IMG/VR virus record: IMGVR_UViG_3300044712_001937 | Coordinates: 186,001-250,000 of that record | DNA length: 64,000 bases | Reading direction: 5' to 3' (one strand) | Program-made: the position numbers and the translations under genes | The notes under the pieces: model-generated | What the model was told of the DNA's origin: nothing | Databases searched by the model: none | Seen by the model: only the letters and a program-made list of their open reading frames with translations | Shown here: positions 10,229 to 20,037 of the stretch, piece by piece | Layout of the letters: the number at the start of each line of letters is the position of its first letter | How positions within the stretch are numbered: position 1 is the first letter of the stretch

Positions 10229-10444
10229 ATGACAATAAATAATGTTAATATTGGAGATAAATTCAAAATATATCCATCTTCAACTAAGATTGCTGAGGTT
10301 GTTGATTTTTATGAAATTAAAAGTCTTACAACCAATGAAGTTGTTGGTTATAAATGCATGGTAAGAGGTGTTGATACATTAGCAACCAATGTACATGAAG
10401 TTCCATTTGCTACAGTTGTTAGGAACAGGATTATTAATAAATAA
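10229..10444 (+). CDS. Hypothetical protein
   Basis: ORF ending the + block. Confidence 0.65.
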   Translation: MTINNVNIGDKFKIYPSSTKIAEVVDFYEIKSLTTNEVVGYKCMVRGVDTLATNVHEVPFATVVRNRIINK

Positions 10445-10500
10445 AGATAATTAATGTACAGATTTACAGTTTGGTAATGTACGTTAATTAAAGCCAAGCT

Positions 10501-10764
10501 TTAATCTACGATTTCAATAGTTAATTTTCTCCTATCTACATTTATATTTCCAGTTCTATGTTCGAATTTAAGTCTGGTGATAATTTTATCTAAAAGAGAT
10601 AGATTTGCTTGTTTATTATTTCCATTTTCCCAATGGTCTCTTACTTCGACAATATATCCTTTAAATAAAAGATTAATTGCAGCATCTGCTTGTCTTGTTG
10701 AATTTCCAGCACATCTATTTGTGTATAATTCAATGTTTTCTATTGTGTTTCTAATTTCTTTCAT
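10501..10764 (-). CDS. Hypothetical protein
   Basis: ORF in - block. Confidence 0.65.
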   Translation of the reverse strand: MKEIRNTIENIELYTNRCAGNSTRQADAAINLLFKGYIVEVRDHWENGNNKQANLSLLDKIITRLKFEHRTGNINVDRRKLTIEIVD

Positions 10765-10829
10765 GGTTATAGTTATATTATCTGATTATCAAGTTTTATT
10801 TTTTTTTGTAACTTCATAATATTTCTAAA

Positions 10830-11435
10830 TTAAATAGTTACTCTTAAATTAGCATCTACATTGGTAGATTGTTTTCTTCTTTTAAATTTATTTAGAAAAT
10901 TAAATTGTATATACCAATGATGAATATGCCATTTCGGGTGTTGATACCATTTTCTTTGTTTTCTGCAAATATCTGAGTATATCATACCTGCCATTCCATT
11001 AAATCTTTCTTCATGGTTTTCACATTTCCATTTATTTGTGATACTATCACCACCGCAATCTATGGGATTTTCAGCAAAGGTTATAATATCAAGTAAATGA
11101 TTTTTCATAAATTTATTTTGTTTCCTTCTATTTCCATTAAAATAAATCCAAGTAGCAGCATTATACATTTGCAGCAAAGTTCCGATTGTGCTAAAAATTT
11201 GTTTTCCGTCTTTGTCAAACCAATAATTGTGTTTGAAATTAAAATCAAATTCACTTTTAATTTCATCCAAAACATTTCCATCTAAATGTCTTGGTCTTAA
11301 AAACCAACCACAACTATCATCTGTTCCGTCTTTACAAGGGTCAACATGCCATATAGTAATTAAACTATTTCTATAGCCATTTTTGTTTTTAAATGGATTT
11401 CTAATTTCAAAAGCCACTGCCATTGGGTCGTGCAT
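10830..11435 (-). CDS. Hypothetical protein (Trp/His-rich)
   Basis: 201-aa ORF in - block. Confidence 0.8.
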   Translation of the reverse strand: MHDPMAVAFEIRNPFKNKNGYRNSLITIWHVDPCKDGTDDSCGWFLRPRHLDGNVLDEIKSEFDFNFKHNYWFDKDGKQIFSTIGTLLQMYNAATWIYFNGNRRKQNKFMKNHLLDIITFAENPIDCGGDSITNKWKCENHEERFNGMAGMIYSDICRKQRKWYQHPKWHIHHWYIQFNFLNKFKRRKQSTNVDANLRVTI

Positions 11436-11455
11436 ATTTTTCTAATTAAATGTTA

Positions 11456-11860
11456 TTATTTTATTTTTGGAGTATAATTTCTAATTGCATCATCAAAAAG
11501 ATATTTGAAAAGATAATTGGTATCATTTTCAATTGTTCCCATGAATACAGCAAATAATACGAATTGTTCCCAACCATCAATAACTGCAACAACATCATAT
11601 ATTTCTAATGGTTCATTAGTAACAAAACATTTAAGTTCTGATTCTTTTTGATATACTTTATAGTTTTTATTTAAAAAACCTATTTTAAGTAAATCAGTAA
11701 TTCCACCAAATTCTTGTATTTGTGGGTCGTTATTTAATGGTTGAGCTTTTATCCAGCCACCATTTCCATCTGATTGCTGAACATCACAATCATCATTTTC
11801 TACGATAACGAAATTTTTATCATAGATTGCTTTATTATTTTCATTAATTTTAAAGTTCAT
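11456..11860 (-). CDS. Hypothetical protein
   Basis: Overlapping stop/start with upstream gene. Confidence 0.7.
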   Translation of the reverse strand: MNFKINENNKAIYDKNFVIVENDDCDVQQSDGNGGWIKAQPLNNDPQIQEFGGITDLLKIGFLNKNYKVYQKESELKCFVTNEPLEIYDVVAVIDGWEQFVLFAVFMGTIENDTNYLFKYLFDDAIRNYTPKIK

Positions 11861-12063
11861 GGTAGATGTTTTAGTTTTTTATATTCATTATACTTTTCCA
11901 TATTTGATTTAAATAATCTAAATAAAAACATATCAACTTCAATCGTTGTTATATCACCTCTAAATCCATCATCAACAGATGGCGATGGTTCACAATGCAC
12001 AATATGTTTTGGTGATTGTGCTATTGCTCTTTCAATTTCTAATAATGTAAACGTTTCTTCCAT
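11857..12063 (-). CDS. Hypothetical protein
   Basis: ORF in - block. Confidence 0.65.
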   Translation of the reverse strand: MEETFTLLEIERAIAQSPKHIVHCEPSPSVDDGFRGDITTIEVDMFLFRLFKSNMEKYNEYKKLKHLP

Positions 12064-12068
12064 AGAAT

Positions 12069-12341
12069 TTAATACATTTTCTCATTTCTATAGCACATTA
12101 CAACCCAATAATATGGTTCTGTTACGAAATCAAATTCATGCATTAATCTGCCTGTAGGAATTGTGACGAATATCCAGAACGGAATCATGCATAACCATAT
12201 TAATATAATTAATATACAACTTCCTAAAATAATAAGCCAGCGTACAATAAATGGAAGCTTTGATTTTACTTTAGTTTCAATATTCTCTATATCGTTCATA
12301 AAATTTGGTTTAAATAAATTTAATTTTATATGCAAATACAT
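12069..12341 (-). CDS. Small membrane protein
   Basis: Hydrophobic core; true start may be internal. Confidence 0.55.
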   Translation of the reverse strand: MYLHIKLNLFKPNFMNDIENIETKVKSKLPFIVRWLIILGSCILIILIWLCMIPFWIFVTIPTGRLMHEFDFVTEPYYWVVMCYRNEKMY

Positions 12342-12393
12342 ATAAAATACAATAATTATCTAATTTTATACGTATTTGCATATAATTTATAGT

Positions 12394-12696
12394 TTATTTA
12401 AGAAGTTCACCTTTAAACCATTTTTGTTCGGTTTCGTTTGGGTTTTTCAAATATTGACCTAAAACGTCAATAATTTTATCACTACTTTCAATTGCGAAAT
12501 TATGGCAACCTACAGTTACGATATAACCAAAGTGTAATTGTCTTATTCCAATTTCTCTGATTTTGTTGTCAGATTTTCCAATGGCTTGTTCTTCAACTTC
12601 ATCACCTACTGGTCTGTCTTCACCCGTTGCTATTGCCAATGCTGGTGCTTCAGCTTGTGAATTTCTTGGTCTTAATAATCCGTTACCTTCATTCAT
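12394..12696 (-). CDS. Hypothetical protein
   Basis: ORF in - block. Confidence 0.7.
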   Translation of the reverse strand: MNEGNGLLRPRNSQAEAPALAIATGEDRPVGDEVEEQAIGKSDNKIREIGIRQLHFGYIVTVGCHNFAIESSDKIIDVLGQYLKNPNETEQKWFKGELLK

Positions 12697-12734
12697 AAAA
12701 TTTGTTTTTAATTGTTAATATTAATTTAAGTTAT

Positions 12735-13340
12735 TTATTTTATTTCAAGTCTGATATGATTAATTATGCAAGGTTTTATATTGAAATGGCATTTATCTCC
12801 ATGAGCTTCAATATCAATAGTGTTGGTATTTGGGTTGATATTGATTTTAATTAAAGTAGTATTAAGCATATATTCTAAATCTAAAGGGTTTAAGATTTTT
12901 TCAGGTTTATTATTATTTAAAACTTCGAGAATAATTCTTTCTTCGACATATATTGCGCCATTACCGTATTTTCCTTCAACTTCCAGATTACCATATCCAT
13001 CACCAATTAATTTATAGTCTTTGTTATGGGAAACATCTACTATTTTAAATTCGACATTATTCGGAATTTTGTATTTAGTTCTGAAGTCTTGATAAAATTT
13101 ATAGTCATTGGGTTTAAATTCAATAATTTTACCTATATGTTGGTTTGGGTTAAAATCGGTAGTTGATATATTTTCTGTAACTGTAGTATTAATTGAATCG
13201 GTTATAAAGGTTTTATATTTATTGATGATATTAACTATTTCACCAATAGTAAATTTATCATCTTTTCCTACATCTAAATTATGAGAAACCCTTAACAGGA
13301 TTTGATTTGCGATTTCGATTATATTACCATTATTTTCCAT
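12735..13340 (-). CDS. Hypothetical protein
   Basis: 201-aa ORF. Confidence 0.75.
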   Translation of the reverse strand: MENNGNIIEIANQILLRVSHNLDVGKDDKFTIGEIVNIINKYKTFITDSINTTVTENISTTDFNPNQHIGKIIEFKPNDYKFYQDFRTKYKIPNNVEFKIVDVSHNKDYKLIGDGYGNLEVEGKYGNGAIYVEERIILEVLNNNKPEKILNPLDLEYMLNTTLIKININPNTNTIDIEAHGDKCHFNIKPCIINHIRLEIK

Positions 13341-13472
13341 AATTCTTAATTTGTTTTTTGATGTTTCGTTTTCTTAATATTCGTTTCCATTTGCCTTTTT
13401 TAAACCAAGGAAAATCGTTTTTATTACCTTCATCCCAATATGGGATTTCAGATTTAATATTTTTAAATTTCA

Positions 13473-13748
13473 TTAATTTTTCTCTGTGAAAGAATTTATC
13501 TCCAAATCATTATACATCTGATATTCTAATTCAGTAATGGGTTTCCAGTTGATTAAACAAGCTTTTAGTTTAAACCTATTATTTTTTTCAACATGCATGG
13601 TTTCACCTTTAATATTATAATAATATAGCCAGACTAAAGGTTCAACATTTATTACTTCTTGCTTTTCTTCATAACTGGTTATAGTATAAGAATCAGAATT
13701 TCTATACTGAGTGATTTGTTTTTTGTAATGAATCCAGTAGTAGTTCAT
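13473..13748 (-). CDS. Hypothetical protein
   Basis: ORF in - block. Confidence 0.65.
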   Translation of the reverse strand: MNYYWIHYKKQITQYRNSDSYTITSYEEKQEVINVEPLVWLYYYNIKGETMHVEKNNRFKLKACLINWKPITELEYQMYNDLEINSFTEKN

Positions 13749-13759
13749 ATAATTAAGCT

Positions 13760-14080
13760 TTATATTGGATTATTTCTTTCATTAGGACAAACCCATCCAT
13801 TTTGGGTTTCAATTAAAATTTCACCACAGAAATCGCAAATATGTTCCTCTGATATTTTCTTTTTAATTTCATCTAAATTTAAATCATATTCAATTGATTC
13901 AAATTTATCATTTTCAATAAGAAATTTCACATAAGCTTCTATTGATTTTGCCAATTCTTCCGGTATTTTGTTTATATCGTCACATTCAACGATTAATCCT
14001 TTTAAATCAGGATTATCGAAGTATGCACAAAATCCGTTAATATCTTTTTTCTCTTTTACTATTTTTAGTTTTAAATCCAT
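13760..14080 (-). CDS. HicB-like N-terminal fold with C-terminal Zn ribbon
   Basis: GFCAYFDNPDLKGLIVECDDI..IPEELAKSIEAYV resembles HicB; CDFCG...WVCP. Confidence 0.45.
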   Translation of the reverse strand: MDLKLKIVKEKKDINGFCAYFDNPDLKGLIVECDDINKIPEELAKSIEAYVKFLIENDKFESIEYDLNLDEIKKKISEEHICDFCGEILIETQNGWVCPNERNNPI

Positions 14081-14086
14081 GATAGT

Positions 14087-14485
14087 TTAAATTATTTCCC
14101 AAAATTTTTTATTAACTATTTCATTAAATTCTGCTGGACAATTTTCTTGTCTACTAATTTTCTCACAAAATTCAGCAAGAATTTTAATATCTTCATCTTT
14201 AAATGTAACTAATTTTGGTTTATTAGATTTAATTTCTTCTTTTTTAACTCTGTTAGGTTTTGTATTACATAATTCCTCATCCCATTTGAGTAATCGTTTA
14301 ATAGCATTTCCACCTTCGGCAGCATTCTTACAATCAGCTAATGATTTACCAAACGTTGTAATACATTGCATTCCAGTTTCACCATCATAAGCATGAATGA
14401 TAACTTGGGAATAACCGAATTTATTTGCAATTTCTTTTGCTTGGGTTATTGGTATTCTTTTACCAGTTTTATTGTTAGTTGGCAT
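14087..14485 (-). CDS. Hypothetical protein
   Basis: ORF in - block. Confidence 0.7.
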   Translation of the reverse strand: MPTNNKTGKRIPITQAKEIANKFGYSQVIIHAYDGETGMQCITTFGKSLADCKNAAEGGNAIKRLLKWDEELCNTKPNRVKKEEIKSNKPKLVTFKDEDIKILAEFCEKISRQENCPAEFNEIVNKKFWEII

Positions 14486-14601
14486 AGTTTTAATTAAATT
14501 TGTTTCTAATCCAAATCTGAAAGATATTACCTAAACAAAAACCTATAAATATGAAAAATAGAATTAATAACATAATAATAGTTTAATCTTTAATAAATTC
14601 A

Positions 14602-14973
14602 TTATTTTTTAAAACTTTTTTGTCCTTCCAATAATTCGGCATGACTATCCTCAATTATGAGTTTAGTATGTGGATTATAATTATTGGCGAGATATTCCAT
14701 TACTGGAACAATTAAAGTTTCAAATTCATATTTATCATAATCAAAATTACTGAAATCTGGTGTTTTAACTAAATTTATATCAAACCAATATTCTACGCTG
14801 TCATTGATATAAATTAAATCTTCTCCATCTTTATCTGACCATTTTTGACAATCATTATCCCAATAAGCTACAAATCTTGAATATTTTTCAAATTTGGTTT
14901 TCTTATTAATTGCACCATAACAGTAGTATGCTCCGGATTCATGAGGTTTATTAGTTTCAAATACTTTCCACAT
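14602..14973 (-). CDS. Hypothetical protein
   Basis: First gene of - block, behind a host-type promoter near 14990-15020. Confidence 0.7.
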   Translation of the reverse strand: MWKVFETNKPHESGAYYCYGAINKKTKFEKYSRFVAYWDNDCQKWSDKDGEDLIYINDSVEYWFDINLVKTPDFSNFDYDKYEFETLIVPVMEYLANNYNPHTKLIIEDSHAELLEGQKSFKK

Positions 14974-15191
14974 AGTAAGTTATTTTTAGCAAATGTATTT
15001 TATATTATTCAATATTGCAAGAATAAAAATAAAAATAAATTAATGTGAATAATTTATTTTTAAAAATAGTTTAAATTATTTTTGGAGATATGAAATATTT
15101 TATTTAGTTTTGTTTTGTCCTATGAAAAAAGATTAGAAGAATGTTTAACTCGTTAAAGTGGCTGTTGGATACAGCTACACCTTAAGTTTTA

Positions 15192-15740
15192 ATGGGTGTT
15201 AAAATTAATATTAGAACAAATTATTTAATCTTTTTTATCATGAAAAATTTTTTAAGATTTGGTTTAGTTGTGATGTTAGTATTCACTGCATCATGTAGTG
15301 AGAATTCGATGAACGATGTTGTATTGAATGATTCAGATACGACAGGGGTTAGTAGACTTAAAGCAAGTTATGTTAGTTGCTGGTGTTTAACTTACATTCA
15401 AAACAAGTTTAAATTTGAAAAGGGTACTGGTTATGATGCTTTAGATTACGGTGTAATTTTAAAGAAAAAGGGTTATAGTAAGAAAAGTACACCTTCAAGT
15501 GGAGATATTGTAATTTTCCAACCCGAATATGGAAATCTTAATCCTACTTATGGTCATATCGGAGTAATAACTAACGTTCAATATGTAAAAAAAGGTAAAG
15601 AATATTGTTATTATTTAAAAGTAAAAGGTGCAAGACAAGGTGGTGATGAATTTAATGAATGTGGTTGTAATAATATTTCATATATGAATACGTATGTTAC
15701 AAGTAATAGAGTTAAATATATTGCGTATTGGAGAAAATAA
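15192..15740 (+). CDS. CHAP-domain lipoprotein (start probably ATG 15240)
   Basis: Signal MKNFLRFGLVVMLVFTASC; CWCLTY, PSSGDIVIFQP, YGHIGVI. Confidence 0.75.
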   Translation: MGVKINIRTNYLIFFIMKNFLRFGLVVMLVFTASCSENSMNDVVLNDSDTTGVSRLKASYVSCWCLTYIQNKFKFEKGTGYDALDYGVILKKKGYSKKSTPSSGDIVIFQPEYGNLNPTYGHIGVITNVQYVKKGKEYCYYLKVKGARQGGDEFNECGCNNISYMNTYVTSNRVKYIAYWRK

Positions 15741-15759
15741 ATAAATATGTTTAATAATT

Positions 15760-15789
15760 AAAAGGTGAGGATAAATTCTCACCTTTTTT
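15760..15789 (+). terminator. Rho-independent terminator
   Basis: AAAAGGTGAG...CTCACCTTTTTT. Confidence 0.85.
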
Positions 15790-15843
15790 ATTTGTTTTTT
15801 ATTCTCAATTTATTTAGTTTTGGTGTTTTAATTAATATTAATT

Positions 15844-17043
15844 ATGGATAATAAATTTTCTATTGATTATATAAAAACTCATAGAGTTGCAATATTTGTG
15901 ACAAGTTCAGAAGAAGTTAAAATATGCGATAAGTTATTGGGTTGGAGACATTATTATTATTACGATAATTTTCAATATAAAAAGCATTGTATTTCTGAAA
16001 CTCAGAATGGAAGTGAAGAGGTTTATATTAGAGATAAATATGAAATAATAAACGCCAGAGATTTCATTGAGTATAATAGTGGAATTATAAATATGAGAGA
16101 AAATAGTATTAAAACTGAAATAACTGTTATGAAAGAAGATACTAAAGAATTAATAGGTTATAAATTAAAATATCCTGAATATATTAAAGCAATTTCTGAA
16201 ATAATAGGATTTGCCTTTAACCGTGAAGGATTTGAAACTAACATTGGAAAATTTCAAACTACTTTATTTAAATTAAAAGAAGCAAGTGTCATAGATATTT
16301 GGTTTGAGCCAATCTATATAGAAAAAAAATTCGAAATCGGTCAATGGGTGTATTGGAGTGGTGTAAATCCTACATTTGGTAGGATTGTAAGTTATTCTTC
16401 ATCAATAAAGAATGATGCATATTATTTTGAATTGGATAATACAGTAAATGATAATAATTTATATAGGTCTCCCAATTTAGCAAGTTTAAGACTTGCAAGT
16501 GAGAATGAAATAAAACTACATTTAATTCACCTATTTGAAGAAAAGGGTTATAAAGGAAATAAATTTAAAGTATTAGTTGATAAATATAAAAATGAAATTT
16601 CAACATATAATATTCCAAATAATAAATTAAAGTTTATATATTATTATGATTCTGATGAATTTAAAGTTTCATGGGATAATAGTATTACATATACAATTTA
16701 TTTAAAAGGTGTATGGGCAGAAATTGTTAAAGATGATTATATATCATGTTATTTTGGAGAAGTTGAGTTTAAATTATATAAAGGAAACAATCTTGCTATA
16801 ACTGAACATGGTCGTATTCCTATGGTTGACATTAAGAAAGCTATAGATTATATTGAGAATCCACCAAAATTGGCAGAGTATGTATTAAGTATTCATTCCG
16901 ATAAATTTAGTGGGTATATTAAATTTCATGATATTGATAAAAATGAAATTATTTCTATAGGGTTTGGTTGTAAGAAAGGTAAGTTAAGTGAATTAAAATT
17001 GATATATGAAGCATATTGTAAATTAAATGATATTGATAATTAA
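15844..17043 (+). CDS. Hypothetical protein, paralog of 6481
   Basis: Shared motifs. Confidence 0.85.
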   Translation: MDNKFSIDYIKTHRVAIFVTSSEEVKICDKLLGWRHYYYYDNFQYKKHCISETQNGSEEVYIRDKYEIINARDFIEYNSGIINMRENSIKTEITVMKEDTKELIGYKLKYPEYIKAISEIIGFAFNREGFETNIGKFQTTLFKLKEASVIDIWFEPIYIEKKFEIGQWVYWSGVNPTFGRIVSYSSSIKNDAYYFELDNTVNDNNLYRSPNLASLRLASENEIKLHLIHLFEEKGYKGNKFKVLVDKYKNEISTYNIPNNKLKFIYYYDSDEFKVSWDNSITYTIYLKGVWAEIVKDDYISCYFGEVEFKLYKGNNLAITEHGRIPMVDIKKAIDYIENPPKLAEYVLSIHSDKFSGYIKFHDIDKNEIISIGFGCKKGKLSELKLIYEAYCKLNDIDN

Positions 17044-17048
17044 TAATT

Positions 17049-17252
17049 ATGAACAATTCTAATGCAGTTGGTAAAATTATAATCATTAAAGATTTGAATT
17101 TTAGTGATTATATGAAGGATAAAGATGGAAACATCAAAACATATGATAGTGTTGAGCAAGCTGATTTAGAGTGTGGCATGTATGAATTTCCGGATGTGTT
17201 GATATGTCAAATTGTTTCTAATCATGTAGAGGAAGATATTGAAACAATTTAA
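17049..17252 (+). CDS. Hypothetical protein
   Basis: ORF in run. Confidence 0.65.
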   Translation: MNNSNAVGKIIIIKDLNFSDYMKDKDGNIKTYDSVEQADLECGMYEFPDVLICQIVSNHVEEDIETI

Positions 17253-17451
17253 ATAAATTCTCGTATTAAAACACATTAAAACTTCATAATATGAATTGGT
17301 ATAAAACATTAGATATTCACACCAGAATTAATCTTAAAGATTTAAGCTATTTGATTTGTGGAATGAAATTTACTGATATGCTTTTAATCTTTACTTTAAG
17401 TGAAGCTATTGAAATACTTCATAATAAACTAATTATAGAAGGATTTAATGT

Positions 17452-17760
17452 ATGAAAAGTTTTAGAAAAGATTATTTTGGTTCAATTCATAATGATGAAA
17501 TTATAATAGCTTTTAATCCAAATCCGCAATTAGTAACATTGGAGGATTTGGAAGATTTAACAAAGCGTTATCTTTATAAAGAAGGTGATAAAATTGTAAC
17601 TCCTTTTGGAATTGAAACAATTAAAGAAATTAATAAAAATTATGGAATACAATACGGGTATGAATGGTTAATAACTGTTGAAGAAAATGAAAATCAATAT
17701 AAACCTTGCGAATTAATTGGGATTTATGTTAAAACAATTAAATTGGAGATTTTTAATTAA
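17452..17760 (+). CDS. Hypothetical protein
   Basis: ORF in run. Confidence 0.7.
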   Translation: MKSFRKDYFGSIHNDEIIIAFNPNPQLVTLEDLEDLTKRYLYKEGDKIVTPFGIETIKEINKNYGIQYGYEWLITVEENENQYKPCELIGIYVKTIKLEIFN

Positions 17761-17826
17761 AAACCTTATTTGTAACAAAATTAGGTTGTTTACGTATTGA
17801 TACATAATCAATAAAAATTAATCAAA

Positions 17827-18645
17827 ATGGCAAAAAAGACTAATATAAAACAAGCTAAAATTAATCCTAAATTAACTCCGGAACTGCATAAATCTATGTT
17901 GCTTATGCGTGATTTGGCTGATATGGAGAAAAAGGTTGCAGCAGGTTTAATTCCCACAAATCCAACACGTATATTTAAGGTTGATGAACGTATTCAGTTT
18001 GGTGCGCATAAAGAAACATATATTCGTGAGGTATATGATAATGGATTATACTATAAAATTGAGAGTTTAAACGTTCAACGTGAAAGGAATAATCCACCTC
18101 AGAATGAATTTCATATTATTGAGTGGGTGAGTTTATTTCCAATTAAATTTGAACCCACTAATTTCACTAAAATTGAGGAATATAGGATAAGGCAATATAA
18201 TTCAAGCATTGATTCGTTATTATCAATGGTTTACCATTCCGGAGTTGACTTCGATGTTGAATATCAACGTGAACATGTTTGGAAACTGGAAGATAAAATA
18301 AATTTAATTGATTCTATATTCAATAATATTGAGATTGGTATGTTTGTATTTGTGGAAAGAGAATATCCATATACTAAACGTCTTGAAATTATCGATGGTA
18401 AACAGAGATTAACTGCAATTCATGAATTTTATGAAGATAGATTTCAATATAAAGGATATTATTTTTCGCAATTATCCAATCCAGATAAGAATAAATTTAC
18501 AAGTCATGGTATTGCTTATGGTCAATTGGAAAATCCTACAAGGAAGGCTATTTTGGAGACCTTCATTAAAATGAATACTTGTGGAAAACCAATGGAAAAT
18601 AAACATATTGAAAATGTAAAGGAATTGTTAAAAACTGTTGAATAA
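17827..18645 (+). CDS. DUF262 (GmrSD N-terminal / ParB-like) protein
   Basis: YQREHVW...LIDSIFNNIEIG...IIDGKQRL...FIKMN. Confidence 0.85.
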   Translation: MAKKTNIKQAKINPKLTPELHKSMLLMRDLADMEKKVAAGLIPTNPTRIFKVDERIQFGAHKETYIREVYDNGLYYKIESLNVQRERNNPPQNEFHIIEWVSLFPIKFEPTNFTKIEEYRIRQYNSSIDSLLSMVYHSGVDFDVEYQREHVWKLEDKINLIDSIFNNIEIGMFVFVEREYPYTKRLEIIDGKQRLTAIHEFYEDRFQYKGYYFSQLSNPDKNKFTSHGIAYGQLENPTRKAILETFIKMNTCGKPMENKHIENVKELLKTVE

Positions 18646-18666
18646 TATTAATTTTTAATTAAAATT

Positions 18667-19047
18667 ATGAAAAGTGTTTGTGACTCATGTGGACATCAAA
18701 ACGAAGAAATTTGTAATACTTGTGAATTGATTAAGAAAGAATTAATTGATTTCAGATATAAAATAGATTCGGATAATATAACTTTATATGGTGCAGGTAA
18801 ATTCCATGAAGAAAAATTGGTTTTGGATAAAACGAAATCCAGTTTATTATTTATTGAATTATGGAAGTTTCTTAATATAGGTAAAGGAGAAAAGAACTAT
18901 TCGAAAAAAGAAATGGAACAGAATTTAATCTATTGTGTTTCTGAAATTGCAGCTAAATTAGGACATGCAAAAACATCGGAAGAAATGAAAGTCTGGAATG
19001 ATGAAACTCACAAATGGATTGATGAGAATTTAAATAATTTGGAGTAG
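18667..19047 (+). CDS. Hypothetical protein
   Basis: ORF in run. Confidence 0.7.
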   Translation: MKSVCDSCGHQNEEICNTCELIKKELIDFRYKIDSDNITLYGAGKFHEEKLVLDKTKSSLLFIELWKFLNIGKGEKNYSKKEMEQNLIYCVSEIAAKLGHAKTSEEMKVWNDETHKWIDENLNNLE

Positions 19048-19067
19048 TTAAATTACTCCACCGATAT

Positions 19068-19103
19068 AAAAACCCATGTAACATTATATGGGTTTTTTCG
19101 TAT
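19068..19103 (+). promoter_or_regulatory. Hairpin/terminator fused to promoter motif; related copies at 22444, 22963, 39411
   Basis: AAAACCCATGTAACATTATATGGGTTTTTTCGTAT. Confidence 0.75.
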
Positions 19104-19360
19104 ATAGATATATAACCAATAAAATTAAGCATATGGCAAAAAGTAAAGAATTTGAAGCTAAATATAAAGCAGAAGGTTTACGCAGAAGCCATATTCGTAA
19201 AGAAGAACGTATTGCCGAACGTAAACGTAAATTATATCAATACGGTAAAAGTTCTGATGGTCGATGTCCTGAGTGTGGTGGTCAAATGACTTGGTGTTCT
19301 GGCTGTCAGGTATGGAGTCGTACTTGTTGTGAAAAATATGGAACATGTATGTGTAATTAA
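19088..19360 (+). CDS. Small Cys-rich Zn-finger protein (start probably 19132)
   Basis: CPECGG...CSGC...CCEKYGTCMC. Confidence 0.65.
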   Translation: MGFFVYRYITNKIKHMAKSKEFEAKYKAEGLRRSHIRKEERIAERKRKLYQYGKSSDGRCPECGGQMTWCSGCQVWSRTCCEKYGTCMCN

Positions 19361-19601
19361 AAATATAATTATGGAAAGTGTAGGTCAATTTATTTATGGT
19401 AACGAAGTTTATTTACCTTTAGATTCTGTAAAAATTGGTGATTTATTCTTCACAGATTTTGAAGATAAAATTGCTGTTTATAAAAAAACAAAAAAAGGTA
19501 AGAAATTAATAAAAATTGTAGAAAATTATGGTGAGTTATATAAAATTGAAAACATTAATATTGAACCACCAGTATCAAATTTCATATTGTTAAACCCTTA
19601 A
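19329..19601 (+). CDS. Hypothetical protein
   Basis: ORF in run. Confidence 0.6.
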   Translation: MKNMEHVCVIKNIIMESVGQFIYGNEVYLPLDSVKIGDLFFTDFEDKIAVYKKTKKGKKLIKIVENYGELYKIENINIEPPVSNFILLNP

Positions 19602-19648
19602 ATTTATGTATATTTGTAACAATACATAAATTTATTCGTATATTACAT

Positions 19649-19706
19649 TGCGATTTAGCTCAGTGGTAGAGCCGAGGTGTCAGGAGTTCGATTCTCTTAG
19701 TCGCAA
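19649..19706 (+). tRNA. tRNA-like RNA lacking the whole anticodon arm
   Basis: Acceptor TGCGATT/AGTCGCA; D-arm GCTC-AGTGGTA-GAGC; only 9 nt CGAGGTGTC; T-arm AGGAG-TTCGATT-CTCTT. Confidence 0.8.
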
Positions 19707-19734
19707 CTAAAAACTAATCTTAAATAAAAAATAT

Positions 19735-20028
19735 ATGGCAAAGACTAATTGGAGTGAATGTGAAAGGGATGATTTAAATCAAATTCCTGTTGCATTAGAA
19801 AAAGGTTGGTTACCAGATTTTAACTATAAAGATAAAATGCAAGGTAGAATTACTCCTGAGAATTGTCCTCATGAAACTGTAAGTTTTTTTAAAAATGAAA
19901 AACATACATGGAAAGGATATAATCGAAATACTGGTGAAAGTTATTGGATTGTTGCCGATTTAATACATATGCGTTTCACCAATCATCGCCAGTATGATAC
20001 ATTGGAGTTAGTATTTGAAAACGAATAA
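19735..20028 (+). CDS. Hypothetical protein
   Basis: ORF in run. Confidence 0.7.
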   Translation: MAKTNWSECERDDLNQIPVALEKGWLPDFNYKDKMQGRITPENCPHETVSFFKNEKHTWKGYNRNTGESYWIVADLIHMRFTNHRQYDTLELVFENE

Positions 20029-20037
20029 AATTAAAAT

